From Phyllosticta citribraziliensis (Eukaryota), in the NCBI RefSeq assembly GCF_038025025.1, contig NW_027117343.1, positions 2,418,001-2,458,242 on the forward strand: DNA of 40,242 bases, in the 5' to 3' direction. Both the position numbers and the translations under genes were made by a program. Below the pieces are notes generated by a model. The model was not told the origin of the DNA. It was given only the letters and a program-made list of their open reading frames with translations, and ran no database searches. Each line of letters opens with the position of its first letter. Positions within the stretch are counted from its first letter, which is position 1. Positions 34,438-40,242 of this stretch are shown in pieces.

Positions 34438-35000
34438 AGCTTATGTTGGGCTGAAAAGAAGAGGGGCAGGAAAGATTACGAAAAGAGCGTGGTGTTGTGT
34501 CGAGTAATGAAAGAGTTCTGTCATGAGATCTGCGCGTCCCGTCGGGATCTTATAATCTGGGCCTTTTCTCCACGACAGGGCATGTGGCGGAGACTCATTG
34601 TTCGCTGAAAGAATGAGTCTTTCAAAGGAATCAGCCAAGTGCGGGCACCACAAATAGGCTTGCCGTTTTGGAAATGTGGCTCAGACCTCAGACAAAGACA
34701 TCCATGCCTCGTTCAATCTAGACAAAGAAAGAAGAACAGGACCAGGCCTAAACGAAGACAATTGGTTTGAAAATACTGTAAGCACAAAGCTACTGAATCT
34801 CTCGAAGCTGCTAAACACGAAGACCTCCAAGTACAATGGGAAGAGAGGACACAGCGTCAAAGACGTAGGTGATGGAGCAATCCCAGCGGCATAAGACGAG
34901 AAGTGAACGGAGAATCTGTAGAGAAACGGAGCCTGAGTCGAAGTTTATGCAGAAATCGCGTAATCTGCCCTACTGCACATGCTCAACACTAAGTAGATAC

Positions 35001-37586
35001 TATAAATTCTGAGTATTTAGTAATTATAAGGTAATAAATAAGTAGATAAACTAGTTTTATAAGTACCTAATTTACTTCTATATAAGTAGCTAAGATAGTA
35101 AATAATTAAATAGATAAGATAATATCTTCCCCTTATTATATAATTAAATTATATATATAGATACCCTACTAAATCTATAATTATTATAAGCCTAGAATTA
35201 CTAGAATATACTAAATAGATAAATTAGAGCCTTATAGAAGGCCCCCCTCCCTTAATATATATTTAGTACTATACTAAATTAGAAAAATTCTATAGAATCC
35301 TTAGAGTTTTATACTTTAGACTCTAGCTCTATAAAACCTAGACCTTTCTTAATTTAGTAACTTTAAGAACTCTTTTAGTATTTTCTATATAAGAAAGACT
35401 CTTAGAACTTACTCTATAATAGCTACCCTACTAATAGTTATCCTTAACTCTATAGATAATTAGGATAAATAGCTTAATTAGACTATTATTCTCCTTAATT
35501 AGTATAAACTTATTTAATATATATACCTCTATATAATAGGTAAAGCTTATTTTAAGCCTAAGGAACTAGTTTATACTAGTCTTAATCTTATTAAACCTAA
35601 GAGTATAATTAAATAAAAGATATATATAGCTATAATTCTAATCTATAAGGATTTTACTATAAAGAAGCTTACTATTATTAATAGAATTATAGATATATAC
35701 TCTTATATTACTAGATAATAAGCCTATAGAAAGGAAACCCTTAAAATAAGACTCTAAACTCTTAAAGCTTACTTTACCCTAATTAGTAACTACTAGAAAA
35801 TAAGTCTCTTAAAGGAGCTTTATAAGCTTTAAAAGGGTTCTAGAACTTAGGACCCTATTAATTAGATAAATAAGTAGAAGTATCTTTAAAAATAAATAAT
35901 AGATATAAAGCTCTTAAAGAAGGATAGAATAATAGACTACTTTATCTAAGCTATCTATAATACTAGAGAGTAAGAAGTAGCTAGCTCTTTCTAAATAAGA
36001 AAGGATCTTATCTCTAACTTTAATCTTTTTAAGGCTATTAATATCTACTTATCTTATAAAAGAGACTTTATCTCTAATACTTACTCTTTAAATATAGCTA
36101 TTCTCTAAGGAGTTTCTAGTAGAAATAAAGACTCCTCTAAACTAATAAATATAGACTCTATAAGGCTAATTAAACCTAAGAAGCCCTATAGGGACCTAAT
36201 AGATAAATCTAAGAAGAGATAGTACCTAATATATACCTTCTATAATATTATTAACCTATATAAATATAAACCTATAGTAGAGTATACTAAGGAGGAGAAG
36301 AACTAACTAGCCTACTATATTAATAAAGTTAAAACTAAATAGATAGACTATATATCTAAAAGATTTAAAGACTAGAAGGTACTTAAACTTATTAAGACTC
36401 CTATAACTTCTATACTATATAAAGAAAATATATATATTACTTAAAGCTACTTAGTTTAAATAAACCTAGATAAGGGATAGATCCTAGATATAGGCTTAAA
36501 CCTATATATTATTAACTATTACTCTTAGATAAACTTCTAACTAATAAAGCTCCTATCCTATAAAGATATTAATATAGGAAGTAGGACTATTAGTATTATA
36601 GCTTATAGGTATATTAAACTCTATCTATAAGATATAAATAGACTCCTCTATAATCTAATCCTTTATAATATTACCTATATTCTAGACTTCTATATTAATA
36701 TTATCTCTAAAGGATATCTTAAGAAGGCTAGCTTTATTTAGAACTCTAGAGAGGATATAATCTTTTAAAATAATAAGGTACTACTATATCTTATATATTC
36801 TAGAGGCTATATCTTATACTTCTAAGTAGATACTCCTATTTAGCTACTTCTATAAATCCTTTATTAGCTAGCTAATAAGTAGGGAAAACCTCTTCTAGTA
36901 GACTAAGTTCTATAACTCTAAAAGTAATAAGCCTTTACTTTAATTCTAAAGGATCTTAAAACTATAACTCTCTAAGATTAATACTAGCCTTAGGCTTATA
37001 TAGATAAAACTATACCCTTTATATTAGTAATAGCTTAAAATAGTATTAATTAGGCTTATACTCTCCTCTTATAAGCCTAGTATATACTCCTTAGCTATAT
37101 TAGCTAAGAGTAAATTAGTTAACTTAAGGATAATATTAAAGATATTTCTCTTATAACTCCTATAGATAATATTCTAAGGATAAATAACTATAAGACTTAT
37201 ATAAGATCTAAGAGTATAATTACTAATAATAAATATATAATAGCTTATCTTCCTACTCCTTAAGGAGAGATTATAGTAGATATAATATATTTTACCCTAG
37301 CCTATAATAGAGACCTCTTCTTATTCTATACCTATAACCTAGATACTAGTACCTACTTTACTACCTCTTATCTAGCTAATAATAGCTAGTACTAGCTTAA
37401 AATCTAGGATAAACTAGTATTCTTTATCTATACTCTAAATAGAAATATTTATATTTAGTATATAGATAATAAACCTAAAGTAGGCCTTATATTTAACTTA
37501 ATACTCCTTTAAAATAGTACCTAAATTAAATAAATAGTACTATATACCTTAGTTTAAGACCTAGCTAAATATACTAGGGGGGTAAT
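35001..37586 (+). mobile_element. RIP-degraded Ty1/copia LTR retrotransposon (5' part: putative LTR, gag, protease, integrase), cut off by a nested insertion
   Basis: After mentally reverting G>A and C>T changes, one reading frame gives: protease WILD(T)G(S)N.H (tag atc cta gat ata ggc, from 36478), L.NV.Y.PDF..NI.S (36661), WH..LGH (37078), CxxC (37189-37200), core D..F.PAYNGD, H(T)DN(E), and PYT..Q..AE..GGV (ending 37585). The PR-INT order is diagnostic of copia. Putative LTR ~35001-35179 is followed by a TTATAAGCC PBS-like motif (low confidence). TpA is strongly enriched and CpA/TpG almost absent. Confidence 0.85.
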
Positions 37587-40242
37587 TGTCACGACTTATA
37601 TTATAATAGGCGTATACGCGCCTATATAAGTACTAGGGCCAGCACAGATAAACCTAGCATTATATAGTTATAAGAAGTATAAGCCTCACCTTAGGTAGCA
37701 GCCCGCTATAGCTTAGGCTAAAACCTACAGGCTAGCACCAGCTACTACAGCCTGGCACCAGCTACTATAGCCCTAGGCAGATACTATATAACAGCCCATT
37801 AATACCTTACCTTTATAACTCACCTAACAATAACTAAGGACCCTTATATAAAGGATAAGAGGTAGAATAGTATAAAGAAAGGACTAGGAAATATATAGGT
37901 AGTAAGTATCTTTTATATTTTATTCTTTTAACTTATTAGATTTAATTAAGATATATATATATTCTCTAGTAGTTTACCTTTAGCCCTCACCTACATAATA
38001 AGAAATCTATAAGTTATAATAAATATAAAAGATTATTCTAAGTTTTAGCTCTATCCTACTTCTTTACCTATAAAGGTATTATAATATTTAACCTAAGTAA
38101 CATTATATACAGCTATAGTCTTATATAAGACTGCTTATTACTTTTCCCTAATAAACCTAAGTTATCTTTATTAGGCGCATTAGTATTATCTAAGGACTAA
38201 GGAGTATTAAGCATATATTAACTATAGAAGTCTTTAGTTAAGGCTATAGGGCAGTATATAAATATCTAGGAGGCATCCTATCTATAACCTACTTAAGGGA
38301 CATTCTAAGTAGAAGACTATAAAGATAGTATAGCTAAGAATAAAGCTAATACATCTAGTACTACTAAAGGTATTAGTACTAGTTAATTAACTTAATAAGA
38401 TTTACATAAAGGCACTAAAGATTTACATAATACTAGACACTTATTAAATAATAATAAGAGAGGACCTACCCCTATTCTCCTATATAATTTCTACTTAGTC
38501 CTAGTAGTAGAGGTAGAAGAATATACCTAAGACCTAGGGTCAACTTATACAGTTTAAGCTCTAGTTATAGAGGCGTTTATAAAGGTACCGCGCTTAGATA
38601 TTAATTAATTTAAATCTAAGATTACATCCTTAAACAAGTCTTAAGTATAGCAGCAACTAAACTATATATAAAGGTAAAACTAGGCTCTTAAGTAAACACT
38701 CTTAAACTATACTAATAGACTTAGGAAAGTTCTAAGGGAAGGATATATTAGGCCCTCTTTATTAGCTTAGCACCTAAGACCTATTACCCTCTCTTAAGAT
38801 CCTTCTACTAGTAGAGTTATAAGGACTCTTAGACCTCCTCCTAACTATATAAGGGAAACTACTACTAAAACCTCTACTTTATCTTTAAGTAGTAAGAAAT
38901 ATTAAAGTAGTAAGGTTCCTAATCCTCCTCTTCTTACTAATAGAGAAGACCCCTTATATAAATACTAGACCCTCCTTATATAAAATAAAATTAAATAAAA
39001 CTACAATTACTTTACTAAAGATATAGTAGAGGAGACTAAATAGAACATTATAGGTTATATTATTTCCTATATTAGTAGAGAAGTCTTATATTACCTAACT
39101 CCTTTCCTTACTTCTTATATAAAGGCTAATAAAGTTACTCTAGATAAGGATATCTTTAAATTCCTAGATAACCTCCTCTAGAGTCTATATAAATATAAGG
39201 ATATAAAGAAGTAGTTATACTCTCTTATATACTACATCTCTATAGACCTTTAGAAGTTTTAATTAAACTTTATATAATTAGCCTTAGATATAGATCTTCC
39301 CTAGGAATAGTAGAAAGAGGACTTTTATAATATAATAGATCCTCTCCTTTAAACCTATATAGTTACTATAGAGTAAGATAGGGATATTAACTTTTATAAG
39401 TACCTCTAATAAGCCTACCCTATTACTTAAAGTCTTAGTAACTACTATTCTAACTATAGAAAACTAATACTCACATCGCATAAGGAATAAGTAAAGAAGA
39501 GATAATAAGAATAAGTAAAGATAACTACCTTAAGTAGTATAAGTACTTTATCTTCTAGTTATACCTAGGCACGATCTATATCTAGGGCTCCCTCATATAA
39601 TATAACCTATAAAGGTAAAGTAGAAGTCTATATAGAGATTAGACTATATAATCGCTATAGCCAGTTTAGCTATTTATAGAGGCAATGCCTACAACTAGAG
39701 ATAAAGGCAATAGAGTTAGTAGAAGAAGAAAGCGCTAAAGATATCTATATAAATAAAGGAGATTAGTCTTTATTAGAAAATAATAAGACCTAGGTAAAGT
39801 CTCCTACTATAGGTCTAAACTTAGAGTAATATATATTAAGGGTTCTTATATAAATCTTAGTTACTTTATTAGAGGTGTACCCTTTACTATATAAACCTTA
39901 ATTATATCTAATAGCCGCGCCTTAGAAATTCGTGCCCTAGCTAATACTAGTACTAGTAGTATAAGTTTTATTTACCCTAAGCTACTACTAACTCTCTAGT
40001 CTATAGGTGCTATAAAAAAGAGAATAATAGGTAAAGGGCTTAATATTACTAGGTTTAACTAATATATAAATAAGAAAGTCAATTTTTACTTTTATCTTTA
40101 ACTCTATTTCTAAGATTAAATAGTTTCTACTTATACTTTTATTTATAATATTAGCTGTAATAATATAATTCTTAGGCGATAGTTTTTTAACTAGCATGAT
40201 GTTCTTCTAGACTATAAATATTACAACTTGCAGATTTCTCAT
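37587..40242 (+). mobile_element. RIP-degraded Ty3/gypsy LTR retrotransposon (5' LTR, gag, start of pol protease), running off the window
   Basis: Begins TGTCACGAC, a typical fungal gypsy LTR terminus. TATA-like site ~37845, AATAAA ~38018, possible LTR end GTAACA at 38097-38102. De-RIPed gag KVP(D)PPLLT(DG)EDP..(W)..M..K (38912), zinc knuckle CX2CX4HX4C (39647-39688), gag end ~39793. Protease EIRALA(DTG) (39925-39951) and ILGR..F..HDVLLD (40168 onward) lie in the -1 frame. Confidence 0.88.
37731..37770 (+). repeat. 20-bp tandem duplication inside the gypsy LTR
   Basis: gctagcaccagctactacag followed by cctggcaccagctactatag. Confidence 0.75.

Noticed and set aside
39988..40197. 69-aa minus-strand ORF in the AT-rich island
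   Set aside because: Chance antisense ORF over the RIPed gypsy protease.

Overview
Genomic DNA from a filamentous ascomycete (Pezizomycotina): short GT-AG introns with CTRAC branch sites, and a RIP-mutated AT-rich island at the right end. Left to right: (i) a non-coding, multi-intron host transcript (~1.9-3.35 kb) carrying five box C/D snoRNAs (U45-like, snR41, snR70, snR51, U55-like), recognised by their complementarity to conserved rRNA; (ii) Mdm1/SNX13-type PXA-RGS-PX nexin; (iii) glycine cleavage T protein (GCV1) head-to-head with V-ATPase subunit C (VMA5); (iv) an allantoate-permease-family MFS transporter; (v) a PTH11-like 7-TM protein with a very long repeat-bearing tail; (vi) an intron-containing tRNA-Gly(GCC); (vii) the Zn2Cys6 regulator FarB/CTF1-beta beside a PTS1-bearing acyl-CoA dehydrogenase with a CCGAGG site upstream; (viii) two orphan ORFs; (ix) a RIP-degraded Ty1/copia element interrupted in its integrase by a Ty3/gypsy element. 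The most striking observation is that the intronic snR51 appears to be split by its own 50-nt spliceosomal intron (2932-2981) nested inside the host intron; only after its removal do the 18S A100 guide, D box and terminal stem assemble. The host introns for snR41, snR70 and snR51 also abut with zero-length exons. All calls were made by eye, and rRNA/snoRNA comparisons use recalled conserved sequences, not database searches.
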